DNA of 64,000 bases from Candidatus Marinacidobacterales bacterium (GTDB lineage: Bacteria; Acidobacteriota; Vicinamibacteria; Marinacidobacterales; DATDRI01), in the NCBI GenBank assembly GCA_965219415.1, contig OZ244742.1:224001-288000 (forward strand). Direction: 5' to 3'. Position numbers and translations under genes: made by a program. The notes beneath the pieces were generated by a model. The model was not told the origin of the DNA. It worked only from the letters and a program-made list of their open reading frames with translations, and ran no database searches. Shown here one piece after another: positions 21,664-32,513 of the stretch; position 1 is the first letter of the stretch; each line of letters starts with the position of its first letter.

Positions 21664-24174
21664 TCAGGTAGTTACGGCAGGTATTCCCGAAGCCTTGAAA
21701 CGGCGCAGCCTCAGAGCGTTGACTACAACCGAGACCGAGCTCATCGCCATCGCGCCTGCGGCAATCACCGGAGATAAAAGAACACCAAGGACCGGGTAAA
21801 GTATTCCTGCCGCTACCGGAATGCCGGCCGCGTTGTAGAAGAAGGCCCAAAACAAATTCTGTTTGATGATCTCGAGCGTTCGACGCGACAGCTGAATTGC
21901 CTCGACCACACCCTCGATGCCCCTCTTCGCGAGGGTGATGTCCGCGGCCTCGATGGCGATGTCCGTGCCGGAGCCGACGGCGATTCCGATATCGGCTTGT
22001 GCGAGCGCGGGTGCGTCGTTGATCCCGTCGCCAACCATCGCCACCACCGCGCCCTCTCGCTGCAGCCGCTTCACTTCATCGGCCTTGCCCTCGGGAAGCA
22101 CTTCCGCCAGGACACGGTCGATCCCTACCTGCGCAGCGATGGTCTCCGCGGTTCGACGGCTGTCACCCGTGATCAAATAGATCTCGAGACCCATTTTCTT
22201 TAAAGCGCTGACAGCGGGGGCCGAGCTCTCCCATACCGAATCCGCGACTCCCAGGATTCCCGCCAAAGTTCCATCCACGACGACGAACATCGAGCTCTTG
22301 CCTTCCTCCGCGAGGTGACGCGCGCCGTTCTCCAGCCTCCCGAGCTCCACGCCCTCCTCTCTCATGAAACGCAGGTTGCCGAGAACCAGCTTTTTAGCGG
22401 CGACCGTCGCCCGAACCCCGCGCCCCGGGATGGCCTCGAAGCTCTCTAGGGGAAGGAGGTCTATGTTCAACCGCCGCGCGTAGTCCACGACCGCCCGCCC
22501 CACCGGATGCTCCGAGGCGGTCTCGGCGGATGCCGCCATGGCGAGGACTTGCCACGTTTCATTCCCCTCCGACGCTACGATATCCGTGACCGTGAGTCGG
22601 CCTTGGGTTACCGTTCCCGTCTTGTCGAGAATAACGGTATCCACCGCATGCAAACGTTCGAGAGAAGCTGCCGATTTGATCAGAACTCCCCGCTCCGCGC
22701 CTCGCCCGGTTGCGACGACGATGGCGGTCGGCGTCGCAAGGCCGAGGGCGCAGGGACAGGCGATGATCAGAACGGCGATAGAATTTAGAAGCGCGAAGTT
22801 GAAGGCCGGTCCGAGTACATACCAAACAACAAACGTAACAACGGCAATCACAACGACAATCGGAACAAACACCCCGGCGATCTTGTCCGCCAGACGCTGT
22901 ATCGGGGCCTTGGAGCCCTGCGCTTCTTGCACCAGTCGAATGATTTGCGCCAAAACCGTCTCACTGCCCACCTGGGTGGCCTGGAAACGAAACGTCCCCA
23001 CTTGGTTCAAGGTTCCGCCGACGACTCTGTCGCCCTCGGTTTTCTCAACGGGAAGACTTTCCCCAGTGACCAAAGACTCGTCCACGGTAGAGCGTCCTTC
23101 CCGAATCACGCCGTCCACGGGGATCTTCTCGCCCGGCCGCACGCTTACGACATCTCCCGCCCGAACATCTTCCATTGGAATGTCCACCTCGTGTCCGTCG
23201 CGCACGATGCGGGCGGTCTTCGCTTGAAGTCCGATCAGTTTCTTGATCGCGTTCGAGGCTCTGCCTTTGGCGCGCGCCTCGAGCAACTTACCCAAGAGCA
23301 CCAGCGCGATGATCATGCCCGCGGTGTCGTAGTACAGCACCGACGATTGACCCGACGGAAAAAGACCTGGCGCAAAAGTAGCGACCGCGCTGTAGACGTA
23401 GGCGGCAGAGGTACCAATCGCGATGAGGCTGTCCATGTTGAAGCTGAAGGAACGGAGGCCCACGAAGAACCCCCGAAGGAACTGACCGCCACACCAAAAA
23501 AGGAACAGAGTAGCCATCGAAAACAGCACGACGCGGAGGCCAAACTCCGACATGCCCAGACTCTCGGACGACACCTTGCTCGCTATCATGATGAGCACCG
23601 TGAGCACCGCGGAGAAGAAGAGCTTCGACTTCAGCGTCCGATACTCGGCTTCCCGCACTTCCCGCTCGACGTCCAAGGACGCCGCTCCGGAGTCGGTCAC
23701 GAGAAGGCGATAGGGCCCTGCTGCTGCAACGGCTTCTTCGATTTGAGGAATGCCGACTCGTTCCGAATCGTAGGCGACAGAAACCCGTTCGGTGGCAAAG
23801 TTGACCGCGGCCTGTTGAACCCCAGGCAGTCGACTCAAAGACTGCTCGATCGTCCCAACACAACTCGCGCAGTGAATTCCATGAACCGGAGCATCCAACC
23901 TGGCGAGGCCACTAGCATCGACGGCTGCCGGCGGCGGCTCGATCGACTGCTCCTCTCGTGCGGGAGGAGCCCCTAGGGTGCGGTCGAGATAGGCGCCAGG
24001 CTCCTTCTCGAAAGCGTTCTTGCAACCCTCCGCGCAAAACGAGTACGTCTCTCCGTCGTGCGTAGCGCGGTGTCGAGCCGTTTCGGGATGGACCTCCATA
24101 CCGCAAACAGGGTCAATACCCATGTTTCGAGCGGTGTCCTGCGTTTTGGGCTTCATCGATTTCATTGGCTTCAA
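21664..24174 (-). CDS. copA: Cu(I)-translocating P1B-type ATPase with YHS and HMA domains
   Basis: [39 protein letters not shown] and MAMSS. Confidence 0.93.
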   Translation of the reverse strand: MKPMKSMKPKTQDTARNMGIDPVCGMEVHPETARHRATHDGETYSFCAEGCKNAFEKEPGAYLDRTLGAPPAREEQSIEPPPAAVDASGLARLDAPVHGIHCASCVGTIEQSLSRLPGVQQAAVNFATERVSVAYDSERVGIPQIEEAVAAAGPYRLLVTDSGAASLDVEREVREAEYRTLKSKLFFSAVLTVLIMIASKVSSESLGMSEFGLRVVLFSMATLFLFWCGGQFLRGFFVGLRSFSFNMDSLIAIGTSAAYVYSAVATFAPGLFPSGQSSVLYYDTAGMIIALVLLGKLLEARAKGRASNAIKKLIGLQAKTARIVRDGHEVDIPMEDVRAGDVVSVRPGEKIPVDGVIREGRSTVDESLVTGESLPVEKTEGDRVVGGTLNQVGTFRFQATQVGSETVLAQIIRLVQEAQGSKAPIQRLADKIAGVFVPIVVVIAVVTFVVWYVLGPAFNFALLNSIAVLIIACPCALGLATPTAIVVATGRGAERGVLIKSAASLERLHAVDTVILDKTGTVTQGRLTVTDIVASEGNETWQVLAMAASAETASEHPVGRAVVDYARRLNIDLLPLESFEAIPGRGVRATVAAKKLVLGNLRFMREEGVELGRLENGARHLAEEGKSSMFVVVDGTLAGILGVADSVWESSAPAVSALKKMGLEIYLITGDSRRTAETIAAQVGIDRVLAEVLPEGKADEVKRLQREGAVVAMVGDGINDAPALAQADIGIAVGSGTDIAIEAADITLAKRGIEGVVEAIQLSRRTLEIIKQNLFWAFFYNAAGIPVAAGILYPVLGVLLSPVIAAGAMAMSSVSVVVNALRLRRFKASGIPAVTT

Positions 24175-24253
24175 TTACGGGGAGTCTAGCATCGCTTCAT
24201 TTTGGTCATCAAGAACGCTTGATCGCAAGCGGCGGCTCAGTTTACGCTGCCCT

Positions 24254-24924
24254 ATGGTTCTCGTGGTGTGCCCCAACCTAGCCATCGACTACACGCTGCG
24301 CGTCGACGAGCTCCGCCCAGGTGACGTGCACCGGGCTCAGTCGTTCGAGAGGCAAGCGGGGGCAAGGGGGTCAATGCGGCAAGGGCTCTTCGCGCCCTCG
24401 GACAAGAAGCGGTGATTTGCGGGTTCGTCGGCGGAGATTCCGGCCGTTTCATCGAACGCGGGCTCACCGAGGAGAACTTGCGACGAGAGCTCGTCCCGAT
24501 AGGCTCCGAGAGCAGAACATGTGTCATCGTCCTCTCGACGAACGGCGAACCCACAGTGGTAAACGAGAGCGGGCCGACCGTCACCGAGAGCGACACCCTC
24601 ATGTCCCTCGTCGCGGGACTCATTCCCGAAAGCGATGCGGTTGCGATGATGGGTAGCCTGCCTCCGGGGATGCCTAGCCACTCGTACGCCCAGCTCACGA
24701 AACGCTGCCGGGATGCCGAGGTGCCGTGTTTGGTCGACACGTCTGGCCCCGCGCTCACTTTAGGAAATGAGGGCGCCGTTTTGTGCGCATCCGCGTTGGA
24801 GGGTCGACTCCGAGCGCAGGCGGTCACTCCGGTGAACCCGACGGGCGCCGGAGACGCCTTGGCCGCCGGACTCATCGCCGGACACCTCAAGGGCGGCTCG
24901 TTGCGTTCGCTCGCGACTAACTAG
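24254..24924 (+). pseudogene. 1-phosphofructokinase/PfkB-family hexose kinase, frameshifted and internally deleted
   Basis: NLAIDY..., AG/GKGVNAARAL split at G-run 24358-24362; DTSGPAL joined directly to TLGNEGA (KPN..E segment missing); NPTGAGD kept. Confidence 0.8.
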
Positions 24925-25609
24925 TGTGACTCGGCGGGAGCGGAACCGCGTCCGTTTCCGGGGTGGCACGAGGTGGGACTTTCAGTGTGCCGCCGATGAC
25001 ATCTCCCAAAAACGGTGGGTTGAAGTTGAAGTCCATCGTCGGGATCTCGTGATGGTACCGATGGTGGCGAATGTGATAGTTACGCGCCGTCCCTGCTAGT
25101 GGGACCCGGCGCAACAGCTCGTCGACTCGGTTCCCTTCAATATGGGTCAACCAGTGCGTCAGCTCGAAGAACAGGTAGTGCAACACGACACCGCCAAAAA
25201 ACAGGACGAGCAACTTGGCAGGCAACAACATCTGAAGCGCTACGTAGTGAATCGCGAATAGGATAGGGAAGATGTACCAAGGGCTCGCGATGTATTGCCA
25301 ATCGTCCCGTTTGCTCGAAGTGAAATTGGCGCCATGGAACACGCGATGATGCATCAAGTGATTTCTTTTGATGAATCCCAACCAACGGGCACCGGCGTGC
25401 ATTAGGAAGCGATGATAGCCATACTCGAAGAAATGGGTGTAGGCGATTCCCAACAGGAACCAGGCAAACACTGGAAGCGTCCCATAATCGGTTTCCAGGG
25501 AACTTCAATGGATGGTTGCAATAAAGAAGAGGCAGAACAGCGGAGTCAAAACAACGGCGACGATGGGATGATAGGGTCTTACTCTATCCAACCATCCCAA
25601 GAGTGCCAT
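24917..25609 (-). pseudogene. Sterol desaturase/fatty acid hydroxylase family protein with in-frame TGA at 25505-25507
   Basis: His boxes HRFLMH, HLMHH, HWLTH, HRYHH; frame extends to ATG 25609 (MALLGWLDRVRPYHP...TM) across one TGA; GTG 25471 is an alternative start. Confidence 0.65.
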
Positions 25610-25739
25610 AAGATCTATGTTAAACGGCGGAATGCTCGCCGTCAAAACGGTCCGTCTTCAGAGTCTCAAGAGCGCCAGACGACCAGCCCTGCCGAGGTTG
25701 ACGAGTGGTACGTAGCTTAAGAGTCGAGGCGCGCCGGCC

Positions 25740-26174
25740 ATGAGCGCCGTCCTCCGGGCGCACGGGGGCGCCTTCGACGTAGAGCTCTTTCTAGCCGACA
25801 GCTCCCTGGAACCGGACAACGTTTACCAGAAGGGCCCCCCTACCGGGTCCGCTACGGCCGACAAAGAGAACGGCTCGCCTCGGAGGGCCTCTGGTTTTAA
25901 CCTGACGGTCAGTCACGCGGACTTTTCGGATCTCGAGACACAGATCAAGGAGACCATTCTTTTTCTAGACGAGTACGAGAATGAATTGCGGCGTCTCGGG
26001 AGCTTCGATGGAGTCGAGGGGATCTCAATCGATTTCGGCATACAGCGTCGAGAGGTTGCAGCTCAGACCGACGTATTTCCCTCTGATCTTCTGTGGCGGG
26101 CCGGGGCCTTGGACATCTGGATCGCCATTACTCACTATGCGATTGCCGACGCCGGAGGAAAACCCGTTGCCTGA
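25740..26174 (+). CDS. Hypothetical protein (DUF4279-like)
   Basis: 144-aa ORF, SGFNLTVS / IDFGI / FPSDLL..AG pattern; family call is tentative. Confidence 0.6.
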   Translation: MSAVLRAHGGAFDVELFLADSSLEPDNVYQKGPPTGSATADKENGSPRRASGFNLTVSHADFSDLETQIKETILFLDEYENELRRLGSFDGVEGISIDFGIQRREVAAQTDVFPSDLLWRAGALDIWIAITHYAIADAGGKPVA

Positions 26175-26430
26175 AGATAATGCCACTGATTCGAATGACT
26201 CGCCCAATTTGGAGTTGGAGAAAAGCTCCCAACATCGTTATCTCGCTCGACTAATCGGCAGCTGGGAAGGAATCAGCAGGACCCTGGTTCGAACCAGGGC
26301 AACTCGCCGACGAATCCCCAATCACCGGTACCATCCGGCCCGTGCTCGATGGCCGTTTTGTCGCACACGAGTATGAGAGTAGCCTGCAAGGGAAGCGGCT
26401 CGTCGGCATGGCGATCCATACCCAGAGAGG
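26167..26430 (+). pseudogene. DUF1579-like protein remnant
   Basis: SD GGAGGA plus TTG; LARLIGSWEGISRT/WFEPGQLADES...LDGRFV.HEY; +1 shift at 26282-26284, truncated after GMAIH. Confidence 0.65.
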
Positions 26431-26440
26431 CGATCTCAAG

Positions 26441-26840
26441 CTACTCCTCTTTGTACAGCCACGCGCCAATCACGCCGGCGATGGGAAGCTCAAAGAATCC
26501 CCACATCACAGAAGTAACAATCAGATTGGCCGGGAGGATCCCCATCACCAAAAATCCGGCAGATGGGTAGAGGTACGCGAAGAACCAAACCAGGAGACCT
26601 GCACAGGCCGCCGTCTTGGGGCCGGCCCCTAGTCGCGGGCGTATCGCCGCGTAGAGCCAAATCATCGAGATTCCCAAGATGAAACCGCCAACGACGAAGA
26701 TCGCGATGGCACTCCCTCCTGGGGCAGAGCCTCCCAGCGCCTCCATGGCGGCCGCCCATTGAGCTCCAAGGATCGGCTCGTTGAGAACAAATTCTCCGAT
26801 ATTGATGATCAATCCCGCCAGAAGGCCGCCAAGGGCGACA
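26441..26840 (-). pseudogene. 4-TM membrane protein body; its 5' end is displaced by the inversion
   Basis: VALGGLLAGLIINIGEFVLN...WLYAAIRPRLGAGPKTA...WLYKE; matching start MGQINMGRV with SD AAGGAGGT is on the + strand at 27071. Confidence 0.75.
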
Positions 26841-27100
26841 GCACGGCCATTGGGATCCTCGTCAGCCATTACGTATCCGCCAAGAAATTGGGCGGTCGGG
26901 TCCTACTACTCAAGGCCAACGACAAGGTCAAGACGTTGATGAAGCTAGTACATCTAGACGAACGGTTCGGGTGGGCCGACGACATGGACGAGGCTCGGTC
27001 TTGGTTCGAAACTCCCGCGAGCTAAGCCTATTTCATTCGTTATAGGAGCGATCTTCCAAGGAGGTGTTCAGTGGGTCAAATTAATATGGGTCGGGTGTCG
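26836..27100. other. Inverted 265-bp segment
   Basis: Bounded by CGACA (26836-26840) and TGTCG (27096-27100); carries the STAS 3' half and the membrane gene 5' end in the opposite orientation. Confidence 0.85.
26837..27025 (+). pseudogene. C-terminal half of STAS anti-sigma factor antagonist (inverted)
   Basis: DSTAIGILVSHYVSAKKLGGRVLLL...VKTLMKLVHLDERF. Confidence 0.8.
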
Positions 27101-27261
27101 AACCAACTCACCGCGGACACATCGAGAATCGTGTTCACTCTCTTATCACGAATGAGTCCACGGAGAGCCTTATCGAGCTCGCCCACCGGTTCGCCCTCTA
27201 TAATCCGACCGCGGATCTCGACCACGTTTACGTTGTCGGAAGGATCAACCTTTATTTCCAT
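27096..27261 (-). pseudogene. N-terminal half of STAS anti-sigma factor antagonist (SpoIIAA/RsbV-like)
   Basis: SD GGAG, MEIKV...VVEIRGRI...ILDVSAVSWFD. Confidence 0.8.
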
Positions 27262-27373
27262 GAACACACTCCGGAGGGTCGCTCAAGGCGGCTAACTTAC
27301 TCCGAACCCTTGGTCAATTCAAGCGAGGCGACGAGACGGCGGCGACGTAGCCTGAGGGTCGGGCGGGTGAAAA

Positions 27374-27811
27374 CTACTCCTTCTCTTCTAGGTCCAAAGA
27401 AACGGAATTGATGCAGTACCTCAAGCCGGTTGGATCGGGGCCGTCCTCGAAAACGTGTCCCAAGTGCCCGCCGCAGCGTGAGCAAACCACTTCGGTGCGG
27501 CGCATCCCTTGGCTGATGTCGCTGATCTCCTCCACATTGGCGTTGTCGATGGGCTCGTAAAAACTTGGCCAGCCGGTCCCGGAATCGAACTTGGTGTTGG
27601 AATCGAACAAGGCCTGTCCGCAGCCGGCACAAAGGTATATCCCGGCGGACTTTTCGTTCCAAAACTCACCCGAGAAGGGAGTCTCTGTTCCCTTCTCTCG
27701 CAACACGTAGTACTTCTCAGGAGTGAGGCTCTTCTTCCACTCCTCTTCAGTCGTTGGCGTGGTGGGGAGTGTCTTGTGATCGGAACCCTCTACTTTTTCT
27801 TTCTCTCCCAT
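27374..27811 (-). CDS. msrB: Peptide-methionine (R)-S-oxide reductase
   Basis: [42 protein letters not shown]. Confidence 0.95.
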   Translation of the reverse strand: MGEKEKVEGSDHKTLPTTPTTEEEWKKSLTPEKYYVLREKGTETPFSGEFWNEKSAGIYLCAGCGQALFDSNTKFDSGTGWPSFYEPIDNANVEEISDISQGMRRTEVVCSRCGGHLGHVFEDGPDPTGLRYCINSVSLDLEEKE

Positions 27812-28023
27812 ATCGGTGGCTCCCTTCTTGTAAGAGGTCGTGAGGCAGAAGCCCCAAAGAGCTGGAGTGCTCGTCACCATCGGAGATCGCGTCGTGTCTC
27901 ATAGCAAACCGCCTTCCCGTCTGGTGTGGCGAGCGGAGCATCGAACCCATCCTATTTGTGGGCCCGACGTCGGCGCAAGTCGATCGCATGCAACCACGCG
28001 ATATGGTACAGACATGCGAACCC

Positions 28024-28899
28024 ATGCATGATCGACCTCTAGCCTCAGCCGGTGAACTGAATGATCGGCTCGAGTCGGACGATTTGGCGGTGATCGATTG
28101 CCGCTTCTACCTTGCGGAGCCGGACCGCGGAGAATCGGAATATCTCGAGTCGCATATTCCGGGTGCGGTCTACGCACATCTGGATCGAGATCTGTCGGTA
28201 GCGAAGTCCGGCATCAACGGTCGCCATCCGCTGCCGTCGATCACGATGATGCAGGAGCAGTTTTCTGCGTGGGGGATCGACACCAAAGTTCAGGTCGTGG
28301 CGTACGACGCCAACGCGGGACAGATCGCGGCCCGCCTGTGGTGGATGCTTCGCTATCTCGGCCATGAACACGTCGCGGTTTTGGAAGGAGGATTCGCCTC
28401 TTGGAGGAAAGCGGGTCACCCGACGCGTGGCGCACGAAAGAAGCGAACTGCCCGCTCGTTCCAGGCGCGGCCACGAGCCTCCATGCGCATCGACATCACC
28501 GACCTCCTAGAAATCAACACCGGCAAACCACGATTACTCATCGATGCCCGCGATCCGGCGCGGTATCGGGGGGACAGCGAGCCCATCGATCCGGTCGCCG
28601 GACACGTTCCCGGCGCATGCAATCGTCCGTGGCAAGAAAATCTCGACCGAAACGGCTCCTTCCTCTCTCCCGAAACGATGAAAGAGCACTATGCGAAGGT
28701 GTTTCGAGGTTCGTCGCCCGATGCGGCAGTTGTTTATTGCGGTTCGGGGGTCACCGCTTGCCACAATCTACTCGCCATGGAGCACGCCGGCATTCCGTGG
28801 CCACGACTCTATCCGGGCTCGTGGTCCGAGTGGTGCGCGGATCCGGAGCGGCCGGTAGAAACTGGGCCGGAACGCCGAACAACCTACCCGCCAGACTAA
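28024..28899 (+). CDS. sseA: Tandem-rhodanese sulfurtransferase (SseA-like)
   Basis: HIPGA, GRHPLP, ARLWW, GHVPGA, YCGSGVTAC, LYPGSWSEW. Confidence 0.88.
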   Translation: MHDRPLASAGELNDRLESDDLAVIDCRFYLAEPDRGESEYLESHIPGAVYAHLDRDLSVAKSGINGRHPLPSITMMQEQFSAWGIDTKVQVVAYDANAGQIAARLWWMLRYLGHEHVAVLEGGFASWRKAGHPTRGARKKRTARSFQARPRASMRIDITDLLEINTGKPRLLIDARDPARYRGDSEPIDPVAGHVPGACNRPWQENLDRNGSFLSPETMKEHYAKVFRGSSPDAAVVYCGSGVTACHNLLAMEHAGIPWPRLYPGSWSEWCADPERPVETGPERRTTYPPD

Positions 28900-28905
28900 G
28901 GTTGA

Positions 28906-31218
28906 CTAGCGGCACACCGCCCGAAACGTAAGCGGCGTGTTTCCAGGCGCAAGGTTGAGAGCGACGACGCGGATCTCTTCCTTCTCCCCACGGCGTCTCC
29001 TCACGAACGGCTCGATCGAGATCTCCAATTCCGTCTCCCCAGTCAGGGGCACGCGAAGATGTTTTGCGAAACCATGTCCATTGACCGTGACGGCATGCTC
29101 CCCCCCTGCGCCTTCGAAGCGCAGGCGTGGCAAGCCTACAGGACACGAAGGCAGAGCAGAGACCACCGTGCGCCCCGGCCTTAGTCTTTTCGCGCTCGTT
29201 CGCGGCGTGGTCGAAAGCCAAGCGCCGCTCGGTATGCGGGTCTCCGACCACGACGCGGCCAACAACATCAGCGCCACGATCGTCGTGGCCAATCCATCGA
29301 AGCGAGGCTTTTCCTTCCATCCCCACATCGCGACCGCCGCGAGTATGAGTAGGAGAACGAGTGGATAGGTAGCGCGCTGCCAGAACGACCCTGGCTCCAA
29401 CACCGAGCCCAATAGCCCGGACACGTTCACCACTCCGGAAGAAAGGAATGCGATTCGATCGTAGGGAAAGTTGCGTTCCGCCAACATCCCTTGGCCGATC
29501 CAAAAAGACGCCACCGCGCCTATGAAAAAAACCATCCAGCGAACTCTTCTCAGTTCGGGAACCCCCAACCAGGCGGCGACCCAAAGCGCCAGAATCGGCG
29601 TCATCGGCACCAGGTAGCGGCTAGCGGGCGCCCACGCTCCTGCTCCACCTTGATCATGAGAGGCCGCGATAACCAGATACGGCACGAAGACAGCGATGGA
29701 TAGAACCGCGGCGAAGCCAGACCGGCGCCAAAGGGAAACGGCACCAGGAACCGCAAGGGCATAGAGAGGGGCGTACACCAAGAGACCTTCCTCTCTCCCC
29801 AGAAGGAGATAGTAGAGTCCCGAAAGGGCTTCGCGGTTGAAGAAATGACCGCCGCGGGGATAGCCGTTCACCACCCAGAGCGTGTCGGGAAGAAGCGAGC
29901 CGCTGATGTGAAACACGTAGAGACCCTGTAGCCCCACCGCAACGACCGGCAGCACTATCGCCCAAAGCCCCACCTTCCAGCTGACGTGCTCACGCCACAT
30001 CTGGTAGACCATAGCGAGTAGGCCGACGCCTAGCATTGGGTAGTAGCGTGTGTGAAGCCAGGGCAGCACCGCCGCGGATAGGCCGAAGGCGACCGCACCA
30101 CCGAGACCGAGGCGTCGAGCTAGCAACAGCTTGAGGATCAATGCTAGACAAAGCGCCGCCGTCATCTCGGGGTAAACCTGAAAATTGTAGAAGAAGAGCG
30201 GGGGCGTAAGACTAAGGCAAACGATCAGAAGATAGGCATCGAAACGATCTCCGACGAATGGTTCGACCAGCCGCGCAATAACAATTGCGGTCACCATCCC
30301 GAGGATGAGGCAAGAAAGGATCACCAGAGGCAGCATGCCAGGGAAAAAGATCGAGTCCAGAGCCATCGCCGGTGCGATGAGAAAGGGGAAGCCCGGCAAG
30401 TAGACGTAGTAGGTGCCGCCGTCCTTCCCCCGAATCACTTGGCCTCCCAAACTTTCGGGCTCACCGCGAGATTCGCCCATCGCGACCGCGGCGACGTCTC
30501 CGATCGTCGAGAACGTAGAGGCGGTCCAGCTCAAGACGTGGGAGCCGAAACGAAACGGGGTCACCCTCCGTCCAACGTGCTCCCGGGCGTTCGCGATATT
30601 CGCATCACCGTCGTGAAGAAGGCTGGCGGTGATCCGGACGTAGCGTGGCTCGTCTCCGGTGCCCCAACGCTCGTCGTAGGGCTCGCTGAATCGCCTCTCG
30701 GGAGTCAGAACGATCAAAACCGCCAGCAGTCCAATCCCATAGAACATGGTCGCGAGCGAGCTACCCGCGAGCTGCCGCATCGGCGGGAGGCCCCCGATAT
30801 GAGCGGCAACCGAGGCGCCTTTCCTGTACAAGAGTGCGGCGCCGATAAGGGTCAGAACCCAAGGACTAGCGTCCAACAAAAGCCACCAGCCCAGCAGAGG
30901 TAATCCCGGCATTCCCGGCAACAACAGGAGGGTGTAAGCGAGTAGCGCCGTCAAGGGAACATAAGAGTCGAGACTGTTCCTCGCGGCCTTCTTCCACGGA
31001 AGTCGAAGAACTACGACGTAGAACACCGACTCCAAGAGCCACACGGTCAGGAAGGTCAGAGCTCCCAATAGTGCTGCACGGCCGGCGCCGGGAGGCATCA
31101 AAACGGCGAGCGGCTCGAGCAGAATTTCTGGACGCGCCAGATACATTGGCCGTACCAATTGGCTTACGGCGAAGACCGACGTCCCACCAGCGAACAACAG
31201 AATCCTCAGCGCCTGCAT
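28906..31218 (-). CDS. Polytopic membrane protein, probable GT-C glycosyltransferase
   Basis: Many TM helices, GDEPRY loop motif, QVYPE, PWLHTRY, SRYLVP. Confidence 0.65.
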   Translation of the reverse strand: MQALRILLFAGGTSVFAVSQLVRPMYLARPEILLEPLAVLMPPGAGRAALLGALTFLTVWLLESVFYVVVLRLPWKKAARNSLDSYVPLTALLAYTLLLLPGMPGLPLLGWWLLLDASPWVLTLIGAALLYRKGASVAAHIGGLPPMRQLAGSSLATMFYGIGLLAVLIVLTPERRFSEPYDERWGTGDEPRYVRITASLLHDGDANIANAREHVGRRVTPFRFGSHVLSWTASTFSTIGDVAAVAMGESRGEPESLGGQVIRGKDGGTYYVYLPGFPFLIAPAMALDSIFFPGMLPLVILSCLILGMVTAIVIARLVEPFVGDRFDAYLLIVCLSLTPPLFFYNFQVYPEMTAALCLALILKLLLARRLGLGGAVAFGLSAAVLPWLHTRYYPMLGVGLLAMVYQMWREHVSWKVGLWAIVLPVVAVGLQGLYVFHISGSLLPDTLWVVNGYPRGGHFFNREALSGLYYLLLGREEGLLVYAPLYALAVPGAVSLWRRSGFAAVLSIAVFVPYLVIAASHDQGGAGAWAPASRYLVPMTPILALWVAAWLGVPELRRVRWMVFFIGAVASFWIGQGMLAERNFPYDRIAFLSSGVVNVSGLLGSVLEPGSFWQRATYPLVLLLILAAVAMWGWKEKPRFDGLATTIVALMLLAASWSETRIPSGAWLSTTPRTSAKRLRPGRTVVSALPSCPVGLPRLRFEGAGGEHAVTVNGHGFAKHLRVPLTGETELEISIEPFVRRRRGEKEEIRVVALNLAPGNTPLTFRAVCR

Positions 31219-31313
31219 CGTCCGAGGGCTATAGCCTACCGGTAGAAGTCGGCAAGAGCCACCCGCTTGCGCGTCGATTGACTCTAAGTCTCAAGCCAGT
31301 GTAGCTTTACAGA

Positions 31314-32513
31314 ATGTTGCGTTTGATGACCGCGGGCGAATCGCATGGCCGGGCCTTGAATGTGATCCTGGAAGGCTTGCCGGCCGGCATGGAGCTGGAC
31401 TTCGACGCTATCAATTACGAGTTGGCGCGCCGCCAGAAAGGTTACGGCCGCGGAGCCCGCATGAAGATCGAGCAAGACCGAGTGGAAGTCCTCGGCGGCC
31501 TACGTAGTAGTCAAACGACTGGCGGGCCGATTAGTTTTCTCATTCACAATAAAGATTGGAAGAACTGGAAGAACAAGCTGTCGCCGTACGAGAAGCCGGC
31601 GGCGGGCGCTAGCGCCGAGCTCGTGAACCCACGCCCCGGCCACGCCGACCTTGCGGGAGCCTTGAAGTACGGAGTCGACGACTTCCGAAACATTTTGGAA
31701 CGGGCCAGTGCTCGCGAAACCGCGGCCCGGGTCGCCGCCGGCGCCGTGGCGAAGCAGTTTCTGAAACACTTCGGCTGTGAGATCCGAAGTCACGTCATCG
31801 GCGTGGGCTCAGTGCAAACGCCGGACGATGCTCCCGAAGTGGACTGGGAGAAGATCATCGCGATCTCGGAGGATGCGCCCCTCAATTGCGCGGACGCGAA
31901 GCTCGAAAAGAAAATGGTCGAAGAAGTCGATCGTGCGACCAAGGAAAGGGACACTCTGGGAGGCGTCATCGAGATCATCGCGCATACTCCCCCGCCGGGC
32001 CTGGGCTCCTATATCCAGTGGGACCGAAAGCTCGACGGGCGCCTAGCGCAAGCCATTCTGTCCATCCCCGCGATGAAGGCCATGGGTTTCGGACGCGGCG
32101 TCGATTCGGCGTCCACCTCCGGGTCCGCCCTTCACGACGAAATCTTTTACTCGCCGTCGAAAGGGCTACACCGAGGCAGCAACAACGCGGGGGGACTAGA
32201 AGGCGGCGTAACGAACGGTCAGGAGCTCCGGATAAGGGCCTATATGAAACCGCTTTCGTCGCTGCGGAAACCGCTCCGATCGGTCGATATTCGAACCATG
32301 AAGCCGATCGAGGCCGCACGCGTTCGTTCAGACATCTGCGCGGTTCCTGCTGCCGGCGTCGTGGGCGAGGCGATGGTGGCGCTAACGCTCGCCGATGCCG
32401 CACTCGACAAGTTCGGTGGCGATAGCTTAGCCGAAACGGTGGGGAACCACGAAGCTCATTTACAACGCATCGAACAAATCCTTAAGGAACGGGAACACGT
32501 CGACAAAAGCTAG
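31314..32513 (+). CDS. aroC: Chorismate synthase
   Basis: TAGESHG, RPGHAD, RASARETA, NNAGGLEGG, MKP, RSD. Confidence 0.97.
   Translation: MLRLMTAGESHGRALNVILEGLPAGMELDFDAINYELARRQKGYGRGARMKIEQDRVEVLGGLRSSQTTGGPISFLIHNKDWKNWKNKLSPYEKPAAGASAELVNPRPGHADLAGALKYGVDDFRNILERASARETAARVAAGAVAKQFLKHFGCEIRSHVIGVGSVQTPDDAPEVDWEKIIAISEDAPLNCADAKLEKKMVEEVDRATKERDTLGGVIEIIAHTPPPGLGSYIQWDRKLDGRLAQAILSIPAMKAMGFGRGVDSASTSGSALHDEIFYSPSKGLHRGSNNAGGLEGGVTNGQELRIRAYMKPLSSLRKPLRSVDIRTMKPIEAARVRSDICAVPAAGVVGEAMVALTLADAALDKFGGDSLAETVGNHEAHLQRIEQILKEREHVDKS

Noticed and set aside
27374-27811. Selenocysteine-containing MsrB
   Set aside because: The catalytic residue is encoded as Cys (RYCINS) with no in-frame TGA
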